This document shows, piece by piece, positions 14,157 through 26,554 of a stretch of DNA of 64,000 bases. Made by a program: the position numbers and the translations under genes. Numbering within the stretch: position 1 is the stretch's first letter; every line of letters starts with the position of its first letter. Origin of the DNA: Balanoglossus misakiensis (lineage: Eukaryota > Animalia > Hemichordata); NCBI GenBank assembly GCA_040954595.2, contig CM082581.2:372001-436000 (forward strand), read 5' to 3'. The notes beneath the pieces are model-generated. The model was not told the origin of the DNA. It was given only the letters and a program-made list of their open reading frames with translations, and ran no database searches.

Positions 14157-14739
14157 CAGACAGTGTTTGCATTGAACCGGTAATTGTGATCACAATTGAT
14201 GTGTCTCAAATGCATGATTTCTTTCCAGATTAAATAATATGATATAACATTGCATTGTATAACATTTATGTTCCAGATCTGTATTTAATTGTGTTTTAAT
14301 ACCATCCAGTCAGTTTCACCAACAGCTCATTGTCTAAATTCCCCCTTTTCATCAGTGAAGTTAGCACTCGTTTGAAAATTGGAAAATAATTTACATAACA
14401 TGGCTGTTTTGGAAATTGCAGTACTTTAGTAAAAGAACATTCAGAATTACTGGTGTATAATGTCAGCTGTGCGTATTAAAAATTGCCATTTGAAATTTTA
14501 ATATTATAATATTCTTAGACTTAAAAATTTACAAACTGATAATAATAAACATATAATATTTTAGAGTATAATACAATCACCTCAGCTAGATTAACAAACT
14601 AGTGACTTTGTAGAATGCTGTTGGTTGACAGTTTCTGATTTTCATGGGTCATTCAACATTTTGATTTTATTTCTGTTAATGTTGGTGATGGTGTTGGCAG
14701 TTTTGATGTTAATTGTTATTGCTAGTTGTTATGGTGATG

Positions 14740-14779
14740 GCATTGATGGTTGTACTGATGTTGATGACGGTTGTGATGG

Positions 14780-14834
<55 letters not shown>

Positions 14835-14895
14835 GGCAATGATGGTGATGATGATGATGATTATGATGATGATGATGATGATGATAATGATAAAT
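14740..14895. repeat. (GAT)n microsatellite
   Basis: Direct reading; accounts for the poly-D and poly-M ORFs. Confidence 0.95.
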
Positions 14896-15499
14896 AAGAA
14901 ATGTGTTGTTTTCTCATTAATCCTCAGCCATGGAACTTAAATATTCTGCAGAATTTGTATTGATTAGTAGGCTTAGCTTTAAGTGATAATTTAATACTTA
15001 TGTCTGATGATTTTAGGGAATAACTTTTGAAAACTACATTAATAATTTTGCAGTTTTTATCACTGTGTATTTTTCTTAAACCCACAACTGGGCATAAATT
15101 GTAATGGCAATTTTCCAGTAAGGAGCTAAACCCAGTGAATGGTAAAGTTTAGCAATTACAATGTACATAATATATAGACAGGTGATAATTACAGGAATAA
15201 TTTTAAATTTGTAGAAATTTTAGTCCCCCATAATGATTAGTTGACTGAGTACCGGTCCATGTTTCTCCCATAGAAATATAAATATTTTCACATTTTGTAA
15301 GTCTATTGGATAAATAAATAAGTTTATCAGATCCTAGAGTTTCACAATGGTTAATGTACATCAGATAGCTAACTACCCACCAGATTAAAAGGGAAAATAC
15401 AATGTAAGTGTACCATAGGTAACATTAAACTCAACCAGTCTATGATAATCAATTAATATTTACTATTTATTATTTGTTGCAGGTGTTGGGGATTGTTAG

Positions 15500-17310
15500 C
15501 AGCCAAGTTGGAGTTCATAGCAGTTAGTTATAATTGTCTATTTACACGTTTTTTCTCATTAGTTTCAGATTTCCATGATGCCCAATATCCTCCTGTCCAG
15601 ATGCCAAGTTGGTAACCAGGTAACATGATTCCTATGGTGTGAGTATGCAAATTAATGGCTCATGGCTTGCAGTCATGTGACATCTCCGTGTCTCTTGTGA
15701 TTTCCTGGACACTTTGCACTAGTCGCCTTTGAACCAGAAACAACTGAGCACCCAACGAGAAATAATTATAGATTGGAGCCAAGTTGAAGTTCATAGCAGT
15801 CAGTAATAATTGTCTATTTACACAAATTTTCTCATTAGTTTCAGATTACCATGATGCCCAATATCCTCCTGTCCAGATGCCAAGTTGGTAACCGGGTAAC
15901 ATGATTCCTATGGTGTGAGTATGCAAATAAATGGCTCATGGCTTGCAGTCATGTGACATCTCCGTGTCTCTTGTGTTTTCCTGGACACTTTGCACTAGTC
16001 GCCTTTGAACCAGAAACAACTGAGCACCCAACGAGAAATAATTATGGATTGGAGCCAAGTTGAAGTTCATAGCAGTCAGTTATAATTGTCTATTTACACA
16101 ATTTTTTCTCATTAGTTTCAGATTACCATGATGCCCAATATCCTCCTGTCCAGATGCCAAGTTGGTAACCGGGTAACATGATTCCTATGGTGTGAGTATG
16201 CAAATAAATGGCTCATGGCTTGCAGTCATGTGACATCTCCGTGTCTCTTGTGTTTTCCTGGACACTTTGCACTAGTCGCCTTTGAACCAGAAACAACTGA
16301 GCACCCAACGAGAAATAATTATGGATTGGAGCCAAGTTGAAGTTCATAGCAGTCAGTTATAATTGTCTATTTACACAATTTTTTCTCATTAGTTTCAGAT
16401 TTCCATGATGCCAAATATCCTCCTGTCCAGATGCCAAGTTGGTAACCAGGTAACATGATTCCTATGGTGTGAGTATGCAAAATAATGGCTCATGGCTTGC
16501 AGTCATGTGACATCTCCGTGTCTCTGTGTTTTCCTGGACACTTTGCACTAGTCGCCTTTGAACCAGAAACAACTGAGCACCCAACGAGAAATAATTATGG
16601 ATTGGAGCCAAGTTGAAGTTCATAGCAGTCAGTTATAATTGTCTATTTACACAATTTTTTCTCATTAGTTTCAGATTTCCATGATGCCCAATATCCTCCT
16701 GTCCAGATGCCAAGTTGGTAACCAGGTAACATGATTCCTATGGTGTGAGTATGCAAAATAATGGCTCATGGCTTGCAGTCATGTGACATCTCCATGTCTC
16801 CTGTGTTTTCCTGGACACTTTGCACTAGTCGCCTTTGAACCAGAAACAACTGAGCACCCAACGAGAAATAATTATGGATTGGAGCCAAGTTGAAGTTCAT
16901 AGCAGTCAGTTATAATTGTCTATTTACACAATTTTTTCTCATTAGTTTCAGATTTCCATGATGCCCAATATCCTCCTGTCCAGATGCCAAGTTGGTAACC
17001 AGGTAACATGATTCCTATGGTGTGAGTATGCAAAATAATGGCTCATGGCTTGCAGTCATGTGACATCTCCGTGTCTCTGTGTTTTCCTGGACACTTTGCA
17101 CTAGTCGCCTTTGAACCAGAAACAACTGAGCACCCAACGAGAAATAATTATGGATTGGAGCCAAGTTGAAGTTCATAGCAGTCAGTTATAATTGTCTATT
17201 TACACAATTTTTTCTCATTAGTTTCAGATTTCCATGATGCCCAATATCCTCCTGTCCAGATGCCAAGTTGGTAACCAGGTAACATGATTCCTGTGGTGTG
17301 AGTATGCACA
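15500..17310. repeat. Homogeneous tandem repeat, unit about 277 bp, about 6.5 copies
   Basis: agccaagttg anchor at about 15500, 15777, 16053, 16330, 16606, 16883, 17159; units nearly identical. Confidence 0.95.
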
Positions 17311-17339
17311 TTAAATTTGAGTAACCAGCCATTGAAGTA

Positions 17340-18390
17340 CATTACATTCATGAAGACAGGAGATCATCTCTGTCCATAGATATATTTTACCATTATGTTG
17401 TTTGACACAGAAATACTTATTAGCATATTTTCCATTTTTTGCAGAAAGGGGTATCTAGCTGTTGATCAAAATCTGCCAAACTAGATGTATATTCAAGCCT
17501 GTAAAACAGTACAGTAGTTTGCAAGGGTAACATAAGATAATTATTGTTCTTCTAAGATTTCCTTTACCCCATAGATGACAGCATAGAATTTAATTGCTCA
17601 TTTTGGAGGGCAGTGTGTGACTTATTGTATTGTCCATCCAGGAGATTATCCTTACATTTTACTGCCTTATTTTTTGACACTAAAATACTGTCATATTTTC
17701 CATTTTTGTAGATAATAGTTTCTCTCTGGTGATCAACATTGATGATCTGTCGAACTGGATGTGTGTACATGCCTGTATTGCAGCCAATTGGTGTCTGAGG
17801 GTAACATATAAGATAATTCTTTTTCTCCTAAAGATTTCCTAGACCCCATAGATGAATGCATATAATTTAATTGCTCATTTTGGAGGGCAGTGTGTGACTT
17901 ATTGTATTGTCCATCCAGGAGATCATCTGTCCATACATTTTACTGTCATGTTTTTTGACACTAAAATACTTTGTCATATTTTCCATTTTTGCAGATAATG
18001 GTTTCTCTCTGGTGATCAACATTGATCTGTCGAACTGGATGTGTGTACATGCCTGTATTGCAGCCAAGTGGTGTCTGAGGGTAACATAAGATAATTCTTA
18101 TTCTGTTAAAGATTTCCTAGACGCCATGGATGACAGCATAGAATTTAATTGCTCATTTGGAGGCCCCTGTACAACGTATTGTATTGTTCATGAAGACAGG
18201 AGATCATCTCTGTCCATAGATACATTTTGCCGTGCTGTTTGACACAGAAATACTTATTGGCATATTTTTCATTTTTGCAGATAACAGTCACTGGTCCCTG
18301 TGATGAGTAATGTCTATCAACATAGATCTGTGCATGCTTGTACCGGTATAGCCGCCAAGCACTTCAAAGGTAACATAGCATTAACCTTAC
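17340..18390. repeat. Diverged tandem repeat, unit about 280 bp, about 3.5 copies
   Basis: ccat(a/g)gatga...tttaattgctcattt motif at about 17568, 17846, 18124; ggagatcatct recurs. Confidence 0.8.
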
Positions 18391-19764
18391 GGGCCACTGA
18401 TAATAAAAGTCGATGCATTCCTTCATTTTACTTGATAGCAAGCCCCCCCCCTACTTGATAGCAACCCCCCCCCCCCACCCCACCCCCTGAAATGCTCCTA
18501 TACACATCCATATTATATAAAAACACTGGAAGTGCACATGGTCGGTATATACTGTGTGCTTCAGTCGGGATAAATATTCATCCAGCAATGCATGATGAAC
18601 TGGGTCTGATTTTATAGCATTTATGCCCAGAGCTGGTCTTTCCACTTATTCATAATCACTGTACAGAGAGAGGAGTCAACGCCATACTCGGAATACTGTA
18701 ACTGATGTCCAATCCATCCTATTGCTTTCTCTTCCAATATGCATTCAACCAGTTCATTGCCTGATGAAAAACAGCAGATTTTTTAACTTGTAGTTTCGCG
18801 GACTTCAATTCACTCTTTTGACGCGGGCTTATCTTCATTTGGTAGAGTTTTAAGGGAGTGTCACGCCAGACAAAAATACAAAAGTGGGGCCCAAGTGTGT
18901 TCTACCACCATATTACATAGTGATCAAGAAGTGACCTGATCAGATGTTGTCACATCCTGGGCCCCTTTTTTACCCATGTTCAGTGTTTGACAGGAGCATA
19001 TTTTCGTTTCTGTGTGAATGTTGAATGTCTCTTATTTGCTGTAATCAATCAATCAATACAAGGTGAGTGTTATGTCGTCTTTCTGTGCATAGGCAAGAAG
19101 AGGATACATGTATGAATGCAGAAGCCCCAGTGAATCGGATGCAGAGAAGTTTCCTTCCAGGATGACTTTATTTTACTGACTTTGATTCCATCGTCATTCC
19201 AAGAATAGAACTTCTCCCACGGGACGAAATTGAACATTAATCAATCCCTTCCTCATTTATATGATCTGTATTACAAATGTATTATTCTGATAGCATTATT
19301 TGTCATTGTGTCAGAGAGAGAGGGTTTAAGTAGGTTAAAACTAAATTGTACACTTCAGTTTGCCAACACTGCTAAATTATCACCATGATTTATTCAGCAT
19401 AACCTGAAGGTTGTTGAATCCTATAGGCACAATAAGCATTGCATGTAGCAAGCACTTAGTGTAAATTTACGTTAATTGCACAGGGTACAGCAGCCTTCAG
19501 GGGTTTACTGTTTAGCTTTGTAGCATAATTGCACCCACATATAAAGAAAAAGTCAAGTTAAGATATTAAAGCCGAATGGTAAACAGAATACAAAGAGTTT
19601 ACAGCATTAGTCCTGTATTGATACAGAAAGCAAATATGACAATGAACAGTTGACCAACATTGAAAATTGTTTGACTGGCTCTCTCTCTCTCTCTCTATAA
19701 ACTTGGACGGTCATTTTTCCAGAATGTACTGGATATAGGCATGATTTACTAGTATTGGACATTT

Positions 19765-20120
19765 ATTCATCCATCCATCCATTCATTCATACATACATAC
19801 ATACATACATACATACATACATACATACATACATACATACATACATTTATTCATTCATTCATTCACTCGTTCATTCATTCATTTATTTATATATTTATTT
19901 GTGTCGTTGTATGTTTGCATGTACCCGTGTGTGTGTGTGTGTATATGTATGTATGCATGTATGTATGTATGTATGTATGTATGTATGTATGTATGTATGT
20001 ATGTATGTATGTATGTATGTATGTATGTATATATGTATGTATGTATGTATGTATGTCTGTCTGTCTGTCTGTCTGTCTATCTGTATGTATGTATGTATGT
20101 ATGTATGTATGCATGTATGA
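19765..20120. repeat. (ACAT)n followed by (GTAT)n/(GTCT)n tetranucleotide microsatellites in inverted arrangement
   Basis: Direct reading; accounts for the IHTY and MYVC ORFs. Confidence 0.95.
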
Positions 20121-20159
20121 ATATTTTCAAAATTGTTGGATGTCTCGGAGTACTCTCTG

Positions 20160-20620
20160 TGTTGTGTTTTCAAATTCCTATTCGAATTGTCGACATTTTT
20201 GGGTGTCTGTGACTACTCTCTCGTCACATTCTGGCCTCTGTGTTTGCTGTAGTTGTGTTTTCGAATTCTTATTCGAATTGTCAACATTTTTGGGTGTCTG
20301 TGACTACATCTCGTCACATTTTGGCCTCTGTGTTTGCCGTGGTTGTGTTTTCGAATTCTTATTCGAATTGTCGACATTTTTGGGTGTCTGTGACTACATC
20401 TCGTCACATTTTGGCCTCTGTGTTTGCCGTAGTTGTGTTTTTGAATTCATATTCGAATTGTCAACATTTTTGGGTGTCTGTGACTACTCTCTCGTCACAT
20501 TCTGGCCTCTGTGTTTGCCGTGGTTGTGTATTCGAATTCATATTCGAATTGTCGACATTTTTGGGTGTCTGTGACTACTCTCTCATCACATTCTGGCCTC
20601 TGTGTTTGCCGTGGTTGTGT
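20160..20620. repeat. 90-91 bp minisatellite, about 5 copies
   Basis: ttcgaattgtc(g/a)acatttttgggtg at 20181, 20272, 20362, 20452, 20543. Confidence 0.93.
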
Positions 20621-21329
20621 TCTTTCCGCGCCTAGGATGTTTTTGGTCATCTGATGAAGCTGGTTCTCTACAAGATCCCAAGAATCCCAAGATTGCAGTC
20701 CGTCTTCAAGCAATTTATGTTTTTGCGTGCGCGCGCGTGCGTCTGTCGCTTGCTCCGTTGTACTTTCCCATATTATAAATAAAGAATACGGTATGTATGT
20801 GTGTGCATTTTAAATTTTTATGATTTTATTATCTGTCTGTGTTCTTTTTCCTATGTTTTTAGGGTATGTCTTTAATGAATTTTTCCAATGGCTATAACAG
20901 ATGAGAAGGTTTCAATTGCAATATGTTTTATAATATTAATACCATAGTTTAGCATGACTAACTTAATTTCATGATGAGAAAAATATTTCAATAAATACTT
21001 CAAGTCCACTAAAACATGCAATAGATCCTTCAAGTCCAGTGTAGTTTCCTGGGATCAGTTCATTAGTTGGGGTTTTTTTGTTTGCGTAGTATTCAACAGT
21101 TTGATATGTTGGTATATCTATTTTATGGTCACGTCTTGCCCACTGAGTCTGTCGATAATCAATAGATTTTCCCCACATTGCTAGCGAGTCCCACACAACG
21201 ACGACCCCAATCAACAGACTCAGTGCACAAGTAGGTTCTTTAATATTACCTTAATGATTTTGCCTTTACTTGACATAATTAAGTATTTTCATATCACACT
21301 TTTAATGCATTTGCATCGTTGCATGTATA

Positions 21330-22790
21330 TGCATTGTGTGATTACTAGGTTTATAGTGCTTTGATTTTTGATGAATTTTTTTCTTTTTAAATACATAAAT
21401 AATGTGTTTGCAGTAGCCATATAGGCATAATTGTTTTTTTTTTGGCGGGGGGGGGGGGGGATATATTGGTGAATTTGCTCTTAAATTGAATAGCATTGAG
21501 CCTATGCAACATGGCTTACAGGCAACACATTATTTAAACTTTGTGGACAATAAAAAAACTTCACATTGTGGAGTTTTCTTTATTTTATACACTTTTAGTT
21601 TTGAGTTATTTAAACGCACATCTTTAGCCTTTTTCCTCAATGTTCGAGGGTCTTTAATGAACTTTTTTCCAATGGCTGTATCAGACGAGGTAATTTGCTT
21701 TGGCTTGACATTGCCAAGTATTTATGCATCGTCTGAGTGTTTGCAGTCCTTTGATTTTATTGATGAAAATTTCCTTTATAAGAACATAAATAATGTGTTT
21801 GCAGAAGCCATGTATTCATAATTGTTTTGTTTTGATTGTATTTTTTTTGGGGGGGGGGGGGCAGTAAATTCGCTAAAAAATTGAATGGCATGGAGATCAT
21901 GCATCGTGGCTTACAGTCAACACATTATTTACAATGATATACTTCTGTTTAAGAAGTTTTATACACATTCAGTTTTCAGTTATTTTACATTTTAACATTC
22001 CTCTTTTTCCTCAATTTAAGAGGGTCTTTCACATTTTCAAGTGACTTTATCAGATAAGATTTTAATTTGCTAAATAATGTGTTTGCAGAAGCCATAAATT
22101 CATAATTGTTTTGTTTGTATTTCGGGGGGAGGGTAGTAAATCAGTAAATTTGCTCATAAATTGAATGGCATGGAGATCATGCATCATGGCTTACAGGCAA
22201 CACATTATTTACAATGATATACTTCTTTTCAAGAAGTTTTCTCTATTTTATACACATTTAGTTTTCAGTTATTTTACATTTGAACATTCTTTTTTTTCCT
22301 TAATTTAAGAGGGTCTTTCACATTTTCAAGTGACTTTATCAGATAAGATTTTAATTTGCTAAATAATGTGTTTGCAGAAGCCATATATTCATAATTGTTA
22401 TGTTTGTATTTCGGGGGGAGGGTAGTAAATCAGTAAAAATGCTCATAAATTGAATGGCATGGAGATCATGCATCATGGCTTACAGGCAACACATTATTTA
22501 CAATGATATACTTCTTTTTAAGAAGTTTTATACACATTCAGTGTTCAGTTATTTTACATTTTAACATTCCTCTTTTTCCTCAATTTAAGAGGGTCTTTCA
22601 CATTTTCAAGTGACTTTATCAGATAAGATTTTAATTTGCTAAATAATGTGTTTGCAGAAGCCATATATTCATAATTGTTTTGTTTTGTTTGTATTTCGGG
22701 GGGAGGGTAGTAAATCAGTAAATTCGCTCATAAATTGAATGGCATGGAGATCATGCATCATGGCTTACAGGCAACACATTATTTACACTT
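21330..22790. repeat. AT-rich tandem repeat, unit about 285 bp, about 4 copies plus a diverged upstream copy
   Basis: taatgtgtttgcagaagcc at about 21791, 22075, 22364, 22645 (variant at 21400). Confidence 0.88.
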
Positions 22791-24227
22791 TTCTGACAGT
22801 AAAATACTTTCAATTTGCTTTTGAAGATTTCAACATTCATCTACATTTTCCCCCCAATTTTGGGGGATCATCAATGAAGTCTTCGCAGTGGCTGTAACTG
22901 ATGAGGTTTCCTGCGTATATCTCTTCAAGTCCAGCACAGTTTCATTTTATCACAGGAGCCATCCCAAGGAGAAAGGGGTCTTTATAAGGGTGGGGGATAT
23001 TTATGACTATATGACCCGTTTCTGTTTGGGATCGCCCCCAGTACATTAGTCACTTTAGACTCAACTGTGTGCAGTGTTCAATAGTATGACTTTATTCTTT
23101 TTGTATTTTAATATGAAATTTAAGATTTTACGTTCACGTGACATTGTTTGAGATTTATTCTTATAGACATTAAGGTCCACTATGTGTTACATTTGACAAA
23201 TTTTTCAGTACGTAATTTTGGTCTATTTATGCACCACGATTTCTGGTATGCATAATCAGCATTGTTATTGTTAACAATTGTATTCAAGTCAATTGAATGC
23301 ATTTGTCAATATTAACAATTCTGTACCAAAAATTACAGGTAGTTGCCCTTTAATTGTAAATGCTACATTTAGAACAGTGTAACACCAAACATATTATGAT
23401 TTATTGAGAACACTTTATTCATTCAGAGATGAAATATTAATTTTTGTCAGTTTTAGTTTAGACCTACAATACCAAATTTTGCTTGGTATTGTTAAACTTC
23501 CAACATTTTCTTTCTGTGAACCTGCTATTTTGTGTAACAGATTAACATCTTAACTTGAAAGTAGGGTTTTCAAAGAGGCATGAATTTAGAAATATAATTT
23601 TTTGTAAAGTTGGTGAATTACCTACGCTTTCCCAGAGTTTTTTCCCCTTATCCTGAAAAAAAGGGTTTTATCTCTGGGTTTTGGTGCGGGGTAAATTTTC
23701 AGTTTATATATCATTCAAGTTTAGAATAAAGTACATGAGCCGCTCCTCATGTAAAATTGACATGTATTGTGTGTGTGTATGCTTTTGGATGTGGTAGCCT
23801 GCAGGCCAGGTGGCATGGCCATGGTGACTACATGCGGCGTGGGTTGGGTCTTTGTATGTATGTGTTGAGAGTTAGGGGATTGTGTGTGTCAGTCAACAGT
23901 ACGTGTAGAGAAGGTATACGGTCACCTATAGAAATTTAGCTACAGTTACCACGTTAACTTGAGATCTAGCCAATCACGGATTTTCAGTGGGTGGCACATG
24001 CGAAAAAAAGAGCGCCGCCATATGTTATTTAGAACCCGCAAATACTCTATTTCAGCCATATATGGGTGTATGTAAATTGGCGGTGACTGTATATCTTTAA
24101 CTTGAAAATGGTAGCTTCTATCACAGTGATAGTTGATGTGTAGATGTGATGTGGTGGTAGAATGTGAACTTGTTGACATGAAATTGTGAATCAAAATGGA
24201 GACCTAAAACATGGGGAAATACATTAA

Positions 24228-24532
24228 AGCCTCTATAGCTGCCACTTTTTGCATTATTTTCACAATTTTATTTTACTGAGGTATATGTGAACACTTTACC
24301 GATGCCCGATTATGGCTGTATGTAGCGATTTGAAAATGCTATGTATTAAAACAGTTTAATCAGCCTCCATACAAACAGTACGCAGCTATCGTGGTATGCA
24401 TCACCAAGAGATGACAAACTGATGCAAATGCAAGTAATATGGCTTAATGGTGAGGATTTTAGAGGATAGGGAATATATTTGAAGTGTTTTACTGTGGAAG
24501 AAAATCCGTGAAATTTGGCAGCTCTAGGGGCT
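24228..24532. mobile_element. Kolobok-like MITE (305 bp, TTAA target duplication)
   Basis: TTAA at 24224-24227 and 24533-24536; 17-bp TIR agcctctatagctgcca / tggcagctctaggggct (2 mismatches); a TTAA TSD with purine-purine termini is the Kolobok pattern. Confidence 0.65.
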
Positions 24533-24890
24533 TTAAGTGGTTACCATCGACGCCAAGAAATGCTGAAAATCGCCCCTGATTTGCGTCTCTCTGGGGAATT
24601 TACGCCATAAATCGGTAGGATACATATTCATGGTGGAATTTGTATGCATTGTGAAGGATTTTGTGGTCGAAAACTTCGGAAAATCATGCATTCTCGGGAG
24701 CGTGTGTCCGCGTGTTGCCTCCTTCAGAGTCAATTACACAATGAACGCCGCCATTTGGCTACCCCTATTTATAGGGGTATAAATAAGGGTAGCAACAACA
24801 ATCCTGGATATAACAACAGGATATAACAACAGGTGAAACAAACTGAACGCAGTTGTTGATAACATGCAGATTGAGCTGTCTCAAATCTTA

Positions 24891-26554
24891 GGGAGCATTC
24901 GTTTTTTACAGGGAGGAGGGGGGCCGGTGGAATTTGAGTCGCCGACTAAATGTAAAAGGCAACCCCCCCCCTCGAAATTACTTTTCTAAAATGTGTCCCC
25001 CCCCCTAAATTCTTCAATTGTAAAATGTGACCCATCCCCCCCAAAAAAGTTTATCCACCGGATTAAACTTATCAAACTTTGTCAGATATTGGTGTATGTT
25101 CGACATACCACATAATCAACCATGAAACCTAGTCTACATAGTTCCTTGATTTCCAAGTAGTGCATTGTCTGCCTGATCTTGTTAGGCTGCATTCACAAAC
25201 GCCTCTGGAGGGGGGGGGGGACGGGAGAATTCAATTTTTTTGACCGCTAATTTTCACATGCCCCCCGTACACAACCCGAAATATTTTCAAATCCCCCATT
25301 CCGAACTGCCAACATTTTGAAATCCCCCCCCCACCCATTTTCTTTCACAGAGCAAAACACATCACCTATCTATCTTGTAAAAAAAGAAAAAAACAGCGCT
25401 CCCATGAAAAGAATTTGAAACTGATGTACCCCCTCACTGAACATTGTTTTTATTTTTAAGTATTTGTATTCTGTGTTGGGAGACATTGTAAACCGAGAAT
25501 TGAAGGGAGTGGGATTGGGAGGGGGTATCCCCCTCCCACGTAAGACAATTTTATAAAATACAGAGCTCAAAGCAGCATTTTAATGAACCCGGCAAAAGCA
25601 AATTAACTCAACTACCGGTATGTTGGGGAGGAGAAATTTAACCGTCGCCGCTCAAAGTTATCATTGGGTGGGGCAAATCCCCTGACCTGGGACACTAGAT
25701 AAACCAGTCAATGATTGAAAGGTGCTGAATGAATGGAGGGGGTGGGTAAAATAAAGGGCGCGAAACTGCATTTTTATGGACTCAAAATAAATATTTTGTC
25801 GTCAATGTTTTCAAGTCCCCCCCTTTCAGTCCCTAAATTATTTCAAATCCCCCCTTACATACCCTCAATTTTTTCAAATCCCCCCCCTCAATTCTCCTGC
25901 CCCCCCTCCAGAGGTGTTTATGAATGCAGCCTTACGTGAAAGAGTTCATTTTCAATGTCGCCGCTATCACTTTCTGAGTCACTTTCCTCTGAATCACCTA
26001 GTTCACCTATCACTTCATGCTCATCTTCTGGTTCACTGTCCTCATCCAAGTCATCCTCTTCATCCTCCTGCTCATCCTCCTCTTTGTCCCTCTCATGGTT
26101 TACTCTGAGACTTTCCAGAGTTGTTTGACACAGTTTCCGGCCAATGTGCGCTTCAACTATTTTCAGTTTGTCTTTTTTTCAGCATCTTTTTCTCTGTTGT
26201 CAATTTATGTCTGTTCATGTACATGTCTAGGTCAGAAACTTTCAGCTCACATAGTTCACTGTTTCTGTATATTGCCATGATACAGCCTGAAAATGTTATT
26301 TTTGTGTTCACAAGTGTACTTGTTGTCACCTGATCACACAGAATAAAGACATGTTCGTATTCTATTTTATATACTTTACGGTCAATTCTGTTGTTTTTTG
26401 CTATAATTCCATACAAATCTGTTGTAAAAATTGTCCCCCCCCAAACCATTGATTATAAAATTTGTCCCCCCCCTAAAAACTGCTTTGTAAAAGTAAACCC
26501 CCCCCCCTGATTTCCACCGCCCCCCCCCCCTCCCTGTAAAAAACGAATGCTCCC
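24891..26554 (+). mobile_element. MITE family A, long copy (1664 bp) with nested MITE-B; TTA TSD
   Basis: tta|gggagcattcgttttttacagggagg ... cctccctgtaaaaaacgaatgctccc|tta. Confidence 0.9.

Noticed and set aside
18500-19270. Possible decayed coding exons on the minus strand (FHQAMNWLNAYW..., VERPALGINAIKSDP...)
   Set aside because: Stops and frame breaks, and no family I can name; needs BLASTx
10539-20635. ORFs rich in M/V/I, D, IHTY or MYVC, and ORFs in the 90-bp repeat
   Set aside because: Translation artefacts of microsatellites and minisatellites
23170-23353. Second TTAA-flanked Kolobok-like MITE
   Set aside because: The putative TIRs match too poorly to support a call
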